The translations under genes were made by a program, and so were the position numbers. Shown piece by piece: positions 11,933 through 24,988 of a stretch of DNA of 64,000 nucleotides. Position 1 is the first letter of the stretch, and each line of letters opens with the position of its first letter. Origin of the DNA: Eledone cirrhosa. Lineage: Eukaryota. Location: the NCBI GenBank assembly GCA_964016885.1, contig OZ024740.1:291648001-291712000 (forward strand), given 5' to 3'. A model generated the notes under the pieces. It had not been told where the DNA came from, made no database searches, and saw only the letters and a program-made list of their open reading frames with translations.

Positions 11933-13126
11933 TAAAACATGGCAGCTCCAGCTGTCATGGAAAAGCAACTCCATCCAAACTACATTTGACAATATCATTG
12001 TGGGCAGCAATGACAAAAAATACAAAAGAATCCAAAATAGAAAGTATGAGAGATTTAAACTGCTGCTGCTTTCAACCAGTTAGAAGTACATGAAGTTTCT
12101 AAAGTTGTTTAAAGTGTCAATGGTGTGAGGAGACAAAACATTTCTATAATTAAGTTTACTATAACAAATTTCTTTAATACCTTGCTGACCATGTTACTAA
12201 TAAAATACACAGCTTATGTGTTTTAATTAATTTTTGAAATGATAAAAAATTAGAAGAAACTCTGTGAAATTACTAATTTGTTCCTATTTGAAATATTACT
12301 TAACAAAGTGTTATTGCCTTAGATTATATTGGACGGTTTTAATTTAAATAGGAACCAGAGGCAATCTCAAATAGATTGGTTTGAAAGAATGGTTTAAGAT
12401 TGGATACTTTGCTATAATTATTTTAAAACTAATTTATTCCATTTTTCTATTTTAATTATCTGTTTTGTTCCCCCAATCTTGATATATACCAAAAAACTAT
12501 TTTGATTATTAGAATTTCTATTTGGGTTAATAGAAATTAGAATTTATTCATATATAACAGGCAGACAGTGAGTGATGCAAATGCTTTGTGATCTTAACAG
12601 ATAAAACAGCTAATGCATAACCCTGAAGAATAAAGAAGATGTGCTGAAAGAGTCATTGCCTCTGATGGATCTCACTTCTAAGGATAGCCATCTCTATCCA
12701 AACAGAGTACAGTGGGGGTTCAGGCATCCAGAATGGTGAATGCTTTCACTACTTATCATAATGTTATGTTCGCTTTACATACTGAGAGAAATTATTGAAG
12801 ACCAATCAGTACATTCTTAATTTACAATTGCCAGCTTTTGGGGTGATAAAATCTGAGTCTAATGTTGATTTCATCAAGTTGTTGCTTAAGAAAGCATGTC
12901 TCTAATCCCAAATTAGAGCCACACTCTCTTAAAACAGGAAGATTGTGAAGCCATCTAATCTGTTGCTGTCTCCTAAATCTAAAACATGGCAGCTCTAGCT
13001 GTCATGGAAAACTCACTACATCCAAATTACATTTGAGGATATCACTGGGGGCAGCAATGACAAAAATACAAAAGAATCCAAAATAGATAGTATGAGAGAT
13101 TTAAACTGCTGTTGCTTTCAGCCAGT
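11933..13126 (+). repeat. Two ~145-bp direct repeats (11933-12079, ~12980-13126)
   Basis: aaaacatggcagctc..gatttaaactgctg..ccagt present twice. Confidence 0.85.
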
Positions 13127-13337
13127 GAACTACAACCATGCTGGAGGATTACCTTCAAAGGATTCTCTAGTCAATTATATTGCCCCTAAAACTTATTTCA
13201 GTTTGGTAGTGATATTGTTCTATATTTATCAAACAGCTTAGTTATCAGGTTTTTTAAAAATATTGGTTTGTTTGTTTTTACAGCATTTATTCATAAACAC
13301 AGACATACTCACAAGAAGGCATGTATTTAGATATATA

Positions 13338-14467
13338 TTGGGTTGGACAGAAATATCCTGCCATTTTTGAAAAAGGAGGTATTTTGGTAGAGTTTTATGA
13401 AAATATTGAAAGTTGCACATATGTACATATATAAGAAGTGATGTTGGTATGCACTATGAACATTTCTCATTTTCTGTTGCATTGTCAAGGGGGAAGCAAC
13501 ATGGATCTATCTAAATCGTTTATTTGTGGTTGTTTACTTTATGATTTCAAATCTGGCCTAAGTGCAGCATCAAGTCATCGCATTAACAATGCATTTGGGT
13601 CACACACCATATCTGAACACAGTGCCAGGGACTAGTTCACATGCTTCCGTTCTGGTGATTACAACCTTGAACATTGATCTCATGCAGGACATCCATCCGA
13701 CTTGATGAGCAATTGTGTGAACTGGTCAACCCACAATTGAACTGCCTGTAATCATGAATGTTGGGGAGCAGCTGTGACTTCTCCACCTTCCTACCATCAC
13801 ACAACCAACTGGTTACCTTCCATTGTCACTGGTGGTGAAAAATGGTGTCTCTACATTAATGTCAAGTGCAAGCGATCACGGGTTGATAAAAAGAGTGTGC
13901 TGCAATGTCAAGCAAAGGCAGGCCTCCACCCTCACAAGGCCCTACTGAGTATCTTGAGGGACTGGAAAGGTGTAATCCACTACAAGCTGATCCCACCAAA
14001 TACCAGTATAACCTCTGACATCTATTGCCAACAACTTGACAGATTAGTGGTGAAAATCCCACAGGTGCACCCACACCATGGTCCTGTTTGATTCCTTCAT
14101 GATAACACTCAGCCACATACATCAAGTATGGCCCATGAGAAGCTGCTGAAGCTAGGTTGGGAGGTTCTGCCCCATTTGCCATATTCACCCAACCTCGTAC
14201 CTATAGACTATCACCTTTTTCTCTCAGTAAGCAATACAATGCAGTCAAAGATCTTCACCAATGAAGACCAGGTCAATCAGTGACTGGCGGAATTCCTTGC
14301 ATCAAAGCCAGAAGAATTCTACAGGGAAGGAATCATGTGCCTTCCTAAACAATGGCAGATGGTAATCACAAATAATGGTGATTATTTTGACTTGTAAAAC
14401 TTTCCTAATGTTAAAAAACACCAAAGTAATTAAAAATTTGAAAAACAGTGAGAACTGTCCAATCTAA
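13338..14467 (+). mobile_element. Degenerate mariner (DD34D) transposon
   Basis: IVTGGEKW, LHPHKALLSI, FLHDN, EVLPHLPYSPNLVPIDYHLF; decayed TIRs ttgggttggacag / ctgtccaatctaa. Confidence 0.9.
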
Positions 14468-15001
14468 TCATCACTCTTCAATGTCCATTTGTCCATGCTA
14501 GCATAGGTTAGATTGGTTGTCCTGTTTGGGGCAAGCTGTGTCAGGTGACCATGTCTTGCTCACGCAGAACTGTTTCTGGCTAGATTTCTACAGCTGGATG
14601 CCCTTTCTAACGCCAACCTCATTTACAGTGTGGACTGGGTGCTTTTTGTCGTGACTCCTACACGACTAGTTCACAGTGTGAACTGGGTGCTTTTTGTTGT
14701 GACACCTTCATAACCACTTTACTGTGTGGAATGTGTGCATTTTGTCATGCCACCTACACAACCACTTTACAGATATAAGTAAATATTAGGAATATATCAT
14801 TGTTGTATCTGCAGGAAGGTAACATGAGATGATTTATCTGGATATATGAACTAAATTCATTGTTTCAGAGTGACAATTAATTATTTATTTGATTTTAGAT
14901 GGACTGTGAACAAAGGGCAGAGTCATTGTGTGAACATCATACAAAAAACAGCAGAAACAAATACTCAGAAATAAGCATGTGTAGCTGTGTGTGTGTGTGT
15001 G

Positions 15002-15086
<85 letters not shown>

Positions 15087-15695
15087 TGTGTGTGTGTGTG
15101 TATAAGACAGGCTTCTTCATAGTTCCTGTGCACCAAATTTCACTCACAAGATATTGGCCAACTTGAGGTTATGGTAGAGGATAGTTGCACAAGGTGCCAA
15201 GTTGTATGATCAAACCCAGAACTACAATGCTGCAAAGTTAACTTCTTAACCACAGAGTCATATCTGCAGCCATGTCTGAAAGGTATAAGAAGAAGAAAAA
15301 TAGTAAAATGTTTAAAAAACTATCAGCAAAATTTTTTTTTTTTTTTGCATATATATAAAGAGTTGGCTAACTTGACATGGTACCGGCTTACCATTTGAAT
15401 AGTTGAGAATGTGTATCTCATTATTGGTGCTATAGTGTGTCCACAGACAAGCTGTAAATAGGTCTACCTACTTATAAATAATTACAGTTAGTACAGCTCA
15501 CCATTGCAAGCAGCTAAAGTGCTGTATAATCAGTGAGATTTTTAATAGCTTACAATGTGGTTCTTTCTTGGACTTGAAGCAGACAATACAAAATTATTTG
15601 ATTGTGTGTATTCTCTGCAAGAGATCTTAAATTTGGCAAGATTGACAACATTTCCACATACCCACAATATATCTAACATTATAAAATAGAGGCCA

Positions 15696-15898
15696 AGGGC
15701 GGTGGATTGGCAGTATCGGTAGAGAGTTGGACGCCATGCTTTGCAGCATAGAGTTATGGCTCTTTATAATCTGAGCTCAAATCCCGCCTTTCATCCTTAT
15801 GGGGTCAATAAAATAAAGTACCAGTCACACACTGGGGTCGATTTAATCAACTTTCCCTTACCCCCAAATTACTGGCCTTGTGCCTATATAAGAAACCT
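15696..15898 (+). mobile_element. Nin-like SINE with ~18-bp target-site duplication
   Basis: ttataaaatagaggccaa on both sides; A/B boxes. Confidence 0.85.
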
Positions 15899-16292
15899 TT
15901 ATAAAATAGAGGCCAATATCAATAACTTGTTTAACAACTCCTTTTATCACCATTTTTGGTTTATGAAAAAAGGGGTAAACTATGGGTTAGTTATTTAGTG
16001 TTGGTGGGTGTGTATGTGTTAGTGTGTGTGACTATGTATGTGTATGTGTATGTGCGAATATGTGTGTGTCTGTGCGAGTATGTGACTGTGTGTGGAAGTA
16101 TGTGACTGTGTGTGTGTGTATGTAACTGTGTGTGTGTGTGCACATGTATGTGTGTGACTGTGTGTGTGTAAGCATAAATTTGAGCAACATATGCTATTAC
16201 TACGTCAATGATACAAGCCTGGACAATGTGGGAGAATGTTCTCTCGTATACAGAACCCCAGACACAAGCCACCTAATGGTCCCAGTAGACAG

Positions 16293-17163
16293 AATAGAGA
16301 AATTGTTACCATGGAGGAGGATAGCCACTCCAACTCATGGAGCTCACTTCTATTTCTTATCATGGATGTAAAATAGAGAAATTGTTACCATGGAGGAGGA
16401 TAGCCACTCCAACTCATGGAGCTCACTTCTATTTCTTATCATGGATGTAAAATAGAGAAATTGTTACCATGGAGGAGGATAGCCACTCCAACTCATGGAG
16501 CTCACTTCTATTTCTTATCATGGATGTAAAATAGAGAAATTGTTACCATGGAGGGGGATAGCCACTGCAACTCATGGAGCTCACTGCTATTTGATATCAT
16601 GGATGTAAAATAGAGAAATTGTTACCATGGAGGAGGATATCCACTCCAACTCATGGAGCTCACTGCTATTTGATATCATGGATGTAAAATAGAGAAATTG
16701 TTACCATGGAGGAGGATATCCACTGCAACTCATGGAGCTCACTGCTATTTGATATCATGGATGTAAAATAGAGAAATTGTTACCATGGAGGAGGATATCC
16801 ACTGCAACTCATGGAGCTCACTGCTATTTCTTATCATGGATGTAAAATAGAGAAATTGTTACCATGGAGGAGGATAGCCACTGCAACTCATGGAGCTCAC
16901 TTCTATTTCTTATCATGGATGTAAAATAGAGAAATTGTTACCATGGAGGAGGATATCCACTGCAACTCATGGAGCTCACTTCTATTTCTTATCATGGATG
17001 TAAAATAGAGAAATTGTTACCATGGAGGAGGATATCCACTGCAACTCATGGAGCTCAATGCTATTTGATATCATGGATGTAAAATAGAGAAATTGTTACC
17101 ATGGAGGAGGATAGCCACTCCAACTCATGGAGCTCAATGCTATTTGATATCATGGATGTAAAA
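16293..17163. repeat. 79-bp minisatellite, 11 copies
   Basis: aatagagaaattgttaccatggaggaggatagccactccaactcatggagctcac.. with period 79. Confidence 0.95.
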
Positions 17164-17180
17164 TCCAAAATCAATTTATC

Positions 17181-18492
17181 TTAACCCTTTAGAATTTACA
17201 TTACTGGCTGAACTAGAGAAGAAATTCCAAACATGGAAACATGGCCTAGAATCAAAAGGCCTTAAAGTTAACTTGTCTAAGACTAAAGTTCTAATATGTA
17301 GAAAGGAAAATGGGGCACAGGTCCCCTCTGGGAAATGGCCATGCTCAGTGTGTAAGAAAGGAGTAGGCAGAAATTCCATTTTATGTCCCAAATGCAAACT
17401 ATGGGTACATAAAAGATGTAGTGGGATCACAGGTAAGCTATCTAAGAATGAAGATTTTATATGTGGCCGATGCAATAAGTAGCAAGTGCCCACAGGATAC
17501 TAGTTCCTTCTATTGTCCAGATGGTTCTATAGAATTAATGGACACCTTCCATTACCTGGGTGACAAAATCAGCAGTGGTGGAGTGTGCTCTGAAAGTACA
17601 GTAGCCAGAGTCTGAACGGGATGGAAAAAGTTCAGAGAGCTTATACCACTATTAGCCACTAAAGGTTTCTCTCTAAAAATGAAAGGCAGATTGTATGATG
17701 CCTGCATACGAACAGCAATGTTACATGGCAGTGGGACCTGGGCATTGTGTGCAGAGGACCTGCGCAGACTGGAGAGGAACGAAGCATGCATGCTCCGTTA
17801 GATGTGTAATAGTAATATACGCGAACGGCAAAGCATAAATGAACTAAGTTAGAAATTAGGAATAAGAGGGATCAGATGCTGTTAACTCGAGAGAAGACTA
17901 CGTTGGTATGGTCACATGATGCGCAAGAAAGATGACAGCTGTATAAAAAAGTGCAGGGCGATCAAAATTGATGGAAGGTATGGAGTAGGTAGACCCATAA
18001 AAACCTGGAACAATTTGATAAATTCTGACCTTACACACTTACACCTCTCTAAGACAATGTCACTGGACTGAGATCTTTGGTGCTACGCAGTAATACAGAA
18101 GACCAGCCTTGCCTATGTACAAAGCGAAACCTACAGCCAGTAGGCATCTCTTAATCAAATATACACCCCCTCCTACTACCCCCCACCAACCTCCACCAAC
18201 ACCACCCTTTCTCTGTAAAGTTATGTTGGTACCACAACATCCTGTCCTAAATAAATGAGGTCGTGTAGGTGTTACGACAAAAAAAAACACACATTTCACG
18301 CTGTAATGTGACTGTGTAGGTAACACAGTAAAAACCTCCCAGTCCACACTGTAAACATGGTTGGTGTTAGGAAGAGCTGTAGAAAACCTGCCAGACAGTC
18401 CTATATGAGTGACACATGGTCACCCGACCAATCTTGCCTCAAGTGGGACAATTCCCGTCTAAACCCATGCTAGCGTGGAAGATAGACGTTAA

Positions 18493-18531
<39 letters not shown>

Positions 18532-18718
18532 TATTTTTTTGGTAATAGCTTTATCTCCCATATCTCTCATTATATCGATTCCAAGAGATTTCTATATTAT
18601 TTATTTTGAGAACAATACCTTAACATCAGTATGAGTGACGACTCATTACAGCTGGTTTGAACAGAAAGAGGTGAGAGAATTCTGGCCAGATGTGGCTGGT
18701 TTAGATGCTAAAGTGTTA
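17181..18718 (-). mobile_element. piggyBac-type MITE split by an RTE insertion
   Basis: ttaaccctttagaatttacattact at 17181; remainder at ~18532-18718 ends atgctaaagtgttaa. Confidence 0.75.
17206..18531 (+). mobile_element. 5'-truncated RTE LINE (same family as 1456-3381)
   Basis: Clear nucleotide similarity; KWPCSVCKKGVGRNSILCPKCKLWVHKRC; (GAT)n tail. Confidence 0.93.
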
Positions 18719-19329
18719 AATATATCTATTTCTGTACTTACTAACACTACATTTCAGGTTAACAGTGTCACTGTAAAGAATGGACAGCAGGGATGGGTTA
18801 GAAATAATTGATGAGAGATAGGAATAGGATGTATGCTTTTCCTCTTAGTAGGAAGTGGTGGAATCCACATTGGACAAACTCTTATAAGAAGAAGAAAGGA
18901 TTGTTTTGCAGATTTAACAGGATACTTATTTTGTTTTATAGTTTCATTGATTTTGGTTTTCATAAGAGAAGACCCTGTCTTGTAGTTGGTGTTAACATCC
19001 CTTTCATCCCTAATCAATGATAGGGAATTTATGATTGTTGATAGATTTCTTCCTATGAGAGCATGAGTCTTAAATAAGGAGTAAGAGAATACATCAAGAA
19101 AAACATGTTCAACTTCCAGTAATTGAATCCCAGCCAATGGGATTTAAGTTGACAGTCCAGATCATAAATTTGTGGTTTGTGTAGCTGATCATTTATCAAC
19201 TGGATGACCAACTGTGGTTGTTACATCTCCATAATACTCCTTAAATAGTAAAATAAATAAATAAATGAAAATAGAAAAATAGAGACAAATTGCAATTAAA
19301 GGTAATAGACATTTGTAAATTTTATATTA

Positions 19330-19590
19330 TAGGTGTTGGACTTACGATCATAATGTCATAGGTTCGATTCCTGGACCAGGTTGTGTGTTGTGTCCTTGGG
19401 CAAAACACTTCATTTTTATATTGCTCTAGTATACTCAATTGACAATGAGTACCAGCAATAGCTAGGAGTTTAACCTTGCAGTGGACTAACATCCTGTCCA
19501 GGGGGAAGTCTTGAACTCTCAGTCGCTTCATGCCACGAGACTGGGATAAGCATCAGCCTGACGAGCCTCCTGGCTTGAGACAGACTTTAA
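19330..19590 (+). mobile_element. tRNA-derived SINE with CORE-like segment
   Basis: ggttcgattcc B box; gtgttgtgtccttgggcaaaacactt; similar copies at ~44900-45110 and 26680-26820 (-). Confidence 0.7.
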
Positions 19591-19959
19591 ACTAGACTTT
19601 GACTAGAATTATAGATAATATCATTTGTAAAATATTCAGCGATCACTGATCAACATGGAACAAAATAACTCTTTTGAGTTCTTTCATGTCTGGATCAATA
19701 TGCTTCATGCTTCAAAATAAGGGTGTGCCTTATACAGAAATGTGTCTTATAACTAGATGGCATATGTTATGGAGTCATAACTCCTGATAGAATTGTGTAG
19801 GTACACTGAAGTGACATACAACATATTTTAAGCATTTTAAAACCCCATGGAACCTGTCCCCTCTCCAGATATGAACACATCTGATTTATTTCAATGGAAA
19901 ATAGAGTGAGAGCTAGAGAGAGAAAATGATAGAGAGATTTAGGGAAAGAATTGGCCCCA

Positions 19960-20125
19960 AAAGAAACAATTGATTCCCAAAACTGGTCTGGAATTTTATT
20001 TATCAACCCTTAAAAGGATGAAAGGCAAAGTTGACCTCAGTGGTTTTGAACTTGGAGAGCAGAAAGCCAGAACAAATACAACAAAGTCTTCTGGCCAACG
20101 TTATGACTCTGCTAGTTCACTGTCT
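19960..20125 (-). mobile_element. Degenerate Nin-like SINE
   Basis: aaaggatgaaaggcaaagttgacctcagtggttttgaact. Confidence 0.65.
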
Positions 20126-20401
20126 ACTGTGTGGTATATACTTTATATATTACTGCATGTAATTTAATTAGATCTGTTTGAACACAGCTACTGAGGTTAC
20201 TCATGAAAAACTTCATTAAAATAGGAACTAGAAATAAGTATTCTGTATACACATTAAAAGAAAAATTAAATATATTTCTAGTGCAAATTAATCATCATTG
20301 CTATAGAAACAAGAAAACACCACTACCTGCCTGGCTCATGGCTACTTTTAATGGAGGTGATCTAGATTTCCAGTTTGACTATAACTTCCTATATATATAT
20401 G

Positions 20402-20464
<63 letters not shown>

Positions 20465-20507
20465 ATACTTTGGGAGGGTCATGTTGCCAATAATAAATTC
20501 AGAAACG

Positions 20508-20584
<77 letters not shown>

Positions 20585-20681
20585 ATGAACTATTTCCTTA
20601 GGAAAGGTACAGGAAAAGAGAGTGCTCTATGTAGGTACAGAGCTTATTAGTTATGTAATAAACAATATAAGATAATTATTT

Positions 20682-20739
20682 CATTTACCAGTGGTTTCTT
20701 GAGGGTAGATATTTATATCTGTCTTCAGTCGTCAGAATG
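20682..20739 (-). ncRNA. Type-I hammerhead ribozyme in a short (TA)n-flanked element (20586-20755)
   Basis: Minus: catt-CTGACGA-ctgaagacagata-taaa-tatctaccctcaa-GAAAC-cactg-GTA|aatg; 17-bp inverted repeat tagttatgtaataaaca flanks it. Confidence 0.7.
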
Positions 20740-20944
20740 TTTATTACATAACTATATATATATACATAACTATTACATAACTATATATATCAAACCTTTT
20801 AAAACTATATATGTGTGTGTGTGTGAGTGTGTGTGTGTGTGTGTTTGTGTGTGTTTGTGTGTGTTTGTGTGTGTGGGGGTTTGTGTGTATCATCATCATC
20901 ATTTATTGTGCATTATTCCTTATAACCCTATATATATATATATT

Positions 20945-21390
20945 CTTCTATACATCCGTTGCCAGTGCATGAGGAAGTTCCTCCTCCAGCTCATCCTATC
21001 CAACATTGCTGTTTGAAGTTCTCCTGCTTCCAGCCTGATGTCATCTTCAAGAACATCTTTCAGTGTTGTGGTTGGTCCACCAGTTCGTCTACACATATCA
21101 GGTTTCCGAAAAGGACTCTATCAGCAACTTCATTGTGACGTTTCACATGTCCAGCTAATGTGAGCCTCCTACACATTATGATCTCAGAAAGGTGAAGGAG
21201 TGAACCATTAAGTAATTTCTTTGTTACATGTGTTCTCCAGGATATGTTCTGGATCTTTCTCAGCATTCACATGAATGTGCCATTCATCCTCTTTCTGAGT
21301 ACTTTTGTCAGTGTCCATGACTCACATCCCTAGAGGAGAATGGATTCAACCATTGTTTTGAATAGCTCCATTTTCATGATTTTCTTGATC
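20945..21390 (-). mobile_element. Degenerate RTE-type LINE 3' fragment
   Basis: MLRKIQNISWRTHVT..RRLTLAGHV; upstream VESILL.GCESWTLT. Confidence 0.75.
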
Positions 21391-22144
21391 AGAGACACCC
21401 CACACCCTTGATAGGGAGTTGAGAGCCCTGCCCCCCTTATGCTTTGCCTATCCTGGTGACCACATCATGCTTTATGTTCATATAACTGTATTCATACATT
21501 TCAAGAAGGCTTTTGATTCGATAAACTGAAAGAAGATGTTCAAAATTTTTCTTGCGTATGGGATACCCCTTTAGATCATGAATGCAATTAAAGTCATGTA
21601 TAAGAATATTTCAGTATTTACAAATGGGGTTTGGATTTTCACCTATTTCTCAGGCATAAAATGGGTGTGGAATAGGGCTTATATTCGAGTATATATGGTA
21701 TGTAATACTGGTGCAATGATAAAATGCACCTGCTACATTCTGTAAAGTGATTGGTGTTAGGAATATCATCCAACCATAGAAACCATACTAAAAGGGTTGA
21801 ATGGACTCTTCCATAGTGTCAAGGTCACAATGAGCTATTATTGGTGCCATAATAAACAGCCCTTATTGCACTCTGTAAAGTGGTTGTTGATAAGAAGTTC
21901 TTCAAGCTATAGAAAACTTGCCAAACAAAGGGTTGAGAAGACTTTTCAGTCATGTCAAAGACATGACCCTTCCCCCTCACTAGTGCTGGTGCCATGATAA
22001 AATGAATCATGCTGAGTGCAAGATCATATGTAAATGATTGTATGATGCGACCCTTGGCTTATCTAAGGGGTCTGACTAAATACTGACTTGATCAGTGATG
22101 ACGCATCCAACCCCTGCTAGTAGGGAAACAGACATTAAATAATA

Positions 22145-22236
<92 letters not shown>

Positions 22237-22389
22237 CCAAAAGTTAAACAAGGTTCATTGATTAATCAATGAATGTAGTTTTACAATAGATTAGAAGCAC
22301 TCAACAAAGAGGTTTTCTGGAGTTATTAAGATTAATTCAAAATATTAATAAATGTAGACATTCACTTAATCAAAATATATTTTATTATA

Positions 22390-23263
22390 CAGGGTGTGGA
22401 CGATATTTGTTCGCAATTTTCAACTGCTAATTTTATGCAGATTTTTTTAACTTCCATTGTCATTCTTGTCTTCATAAAAACAGTGACTATATTTCCATTA
22501 TTTATTTTCAGAATAATTGATTATGAATAATTTTGAACCTCCAAATTTGTGGAAGAGACATGGAGTTTTTTCTGGAATCCGCGCCGGGAAACAAATAAGG
22601 AAATTTCAGACTTTCCCAGAACAACAGGTGGCTCGCTGTCTCATCCAAAGACGTGCCCAGAGTCATGCAGACAAAGTTTCCAGCGACAACATTGGCCTTA
22701 GGTGTCGTCAGCAATCAAGGTGAGGTCATGCCACCTCACTTCTTCCCTGAGGGCCTCAAGCTGAACACCGATGGCTACATCTGCATTCTGAGTGAGGTAG
22801 TAAAGCCCTGGATCGACCAGGTAGCTGCAGGTAGGCCATACGTGTGGCAGCCATACCAGCCGAAAGACCCAAGCCTAGCTGTCAGAGAACTTCGTCGACC
22901 ACACTTCACATGACATCTGGCCTCCCAGTTCGCCTGACTGCAACCCCCTCGGCTGCTTTGTGTGGGGTGCAGTGGAACTAGACAACAACAGATCTAGCTG
23001 CAATACGAAAGACGATCTGAAGGCCAGGATCACAAGTGCCTTTCGGGGCCTAAGTCAGGGGGACAGTGACGAAGGCCTGTAGCCAGTTCCAAGGCCGCCT
23101 TGAGGCCGTCATCAAAGCCAATGGCGGGTTTATCGAGTGAGATCGAAAGAACAAGTCATGAAGACAAACTGACCCAAGTTTGATAAATAAATCTTAAAAA
23201 ATAAAACTACTGTGTTATTTTTCCTAGACAGTAATCTTGCGAACAAATATCGTCCGCACCCTG
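22390..23263 (+). mobile_element. Internally deleted Tc1/mariner-superfamily element, maT (DD37D)-like
   Basis: 27-bp TIRs CAGGGTGYGGACGATATTTGTTCGCAA, TA duplication; GVVSNQGEVMPPHFFPEG..RPYVWQ..WPPSSPDCNPLGCFVWG. Confidence 0.92.
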
Positions 23264-23319
23264 TATATATTTCGGAGGTACTGTGCTGTTTTTTCAGTAC
23301 GTCCTCATCAGATAAAATA
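23264..23319 (-). ncRNA. Type-I hammerhead ribozyme severed in stem III by the maT insertion
   Basis: Minus: tattttat-CTGATGA-ggacgtactg..cagtacctcc-GAAAT-ata[transposon]ta-ataaaata. Confidence 0.7.
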
Positions 23320-23467
23320 CATAACTTGATGTATGACATACCTCAACTGTGCTGATGGTTCAATTCCAATCTTGGCTGGAATTGAACCATCAGCACAGTA
23401 CCTCTGAAATATATATAATAAAATATATTTCGATTAAGTGAATGTCTACATTTATTAATATTTTGAA

Positions 23468-23519
<52 letters not shown>

Positions 23520-23535
23520 GTGAAGGAGTGAAGAA

Positions 23536-24934
23536 AATAACATGGTCAACAGTACAAAAAGGGTTCTATTTACAGTATTAACAATGGTTTCATTGATTAG
23601 GATGTCTAAAGGTTGCTAATCACTCGAAGTTGTGTCACTCAACCTTAAATACAGTGTATGCTTAATCAAATCATCGGAATAACTGACACAATAATAAAGA
23701 GAGAAAAAGAAAAAAAAATAATAATAAAGAAGTTAGAATGAAGATGATAAAAAATAAGTAAAAAAAATATATACGTGAAAAAAATATAAGAACATAATAT
23801 GATTGTTGAAAATAGTGGTGGTGGTGGTGGTGGTGGTTAAAGTTATAGTGGTGTGTAAGTATAAAGATGTGATGAGGGTAGGAATATTATTAATATGAAA
23901 ATAAATATTAAATATATACATATGTATTGGTTAAATCACAGAGGGTTAGAGTAGGAAGAAAGAATATAATGATAAATAATATATAAAAGATAAATTAATA
24001 AATTAGAAGTTAGGTTAGAGGTTAAGAGATACAGGATAGGATACAAGGGAAGAGGTGAAATAGCTTTAGGGAGAGAGAGTGAAAGAAAGCGAAAGAAAGT
24101 GAAAGAAAGCGAAAGAAAGTGAAAGAAAGTGAAAGAAAGGTTAGGAGGTTTATGATGTTGATTTAGTGATTAGTTGGTCTATTGACAGTTAATAATAGTG
24201 GGTTGGTATGTAGTTATTATATTAGACTCTGGGTGGTTCAGCTTGAATTATGGGATTGTTGGATCGAATCATGTTGGTTTGAAATTTGCGAATTTAGTAG
24301 CTGCCTACAGAAAATTCTATAGTTAATTTTATGTATGTGAGATTCTATGTTGGCTGCAGTAGGGTAAGACAGTCTTAACCACCACCACCACCACCACCAC
24401 TATTTTCAACAATCATATTATGTTCTTATATTTTTTCACGTATATATTTTTTTTACTTATTTTTTATCATCTTCATTCTAACTTCTTTATTATTATTTTT
24501 TCTTTTTCTTTTTCTTTTTCTTTTTCTTTTTCTTTTTCTTTTTCTTTTTCTTTTTTCTTTTTCTTTCTTTATTATTGATGTTGTTATTTGAATTCTCTGT
24601 AGTATAAATACAAACACGGAGTGTAATTTTGTCAGTTATTCCGATGATTTGATTAGGCATACATTGTATTTAAAGTGACACAACTTTGAGTGATTAGCAA
24701 CCTTTAGACATCCTAATCAATAAAACAATTGTTAATACTGTAAATAAAACCCTTTTTGTACTGTTGACCATGTTATTCTTACTCCAAGATTAACCTGCAT
24801 AGGAATTCCTGTGAATTCGCCACCTAACTAAGGAAACCTGTTGTTGAGTCAAACAACGCCGTACATTAAAACTATCCATAATAGAGAGTACTCACAACCT
24901 CTAACTGGATTACCTATAACGATAATTTATTATC

Positions 24935-24937
<3 letters not shown>
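23536..24937. mobile_element. Large inverted-repeat Penelope-like element (arms 23536-23840, 24375-24777; tail to ~24937) with extended-stem-II hammerheads
   Basis: Arms are reverse complements; cagttatt-CCGATGA-t-ttgattag..ctaatcaa-t-GAAAC-cattGTT|aatactg at 23573-23685 (-); the copy at 24633-24740 (+) has GAAA changed to AAAA. Confidence 0.75.

Positions 24938-24979
<42 letters not shown>

Positions 24980-24988
<9 letters not shown>

Larger units (their letters stand above)
22235..23472. mobile_element. Hammerhead-bearing fold-back element (7.4-kb family) interrupted by a maT transposon
   Basis: 22330-22388 is the reverse complement of 23412-23472; tail contains agcactcaacaaa as at 7349; (TA)n flanks. 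Confidence 0.75.

Noticed and set aside
13774-14091. SETMAR gene
   Set aside because: Only a decayed mariner transposase with TIRs; no SET domain
16293-17163. CRISPR-like array
   Set aside because: Head-to-tail 79-bp units with no unique spacers, eukaryotic context, no cas genes
18754-19137. 127-aa minus-strand ORF, or a terminal exon near 19190-19239
   Set aside because: No recognisable domain and a non-ATG start; splice evidence insufficient
24217-24320. Possible GIY-YIG C-terminus on the minus strand (SY*IRKFQT)
   Set aside because: Too short, contains a stop, lacks the GLN motif
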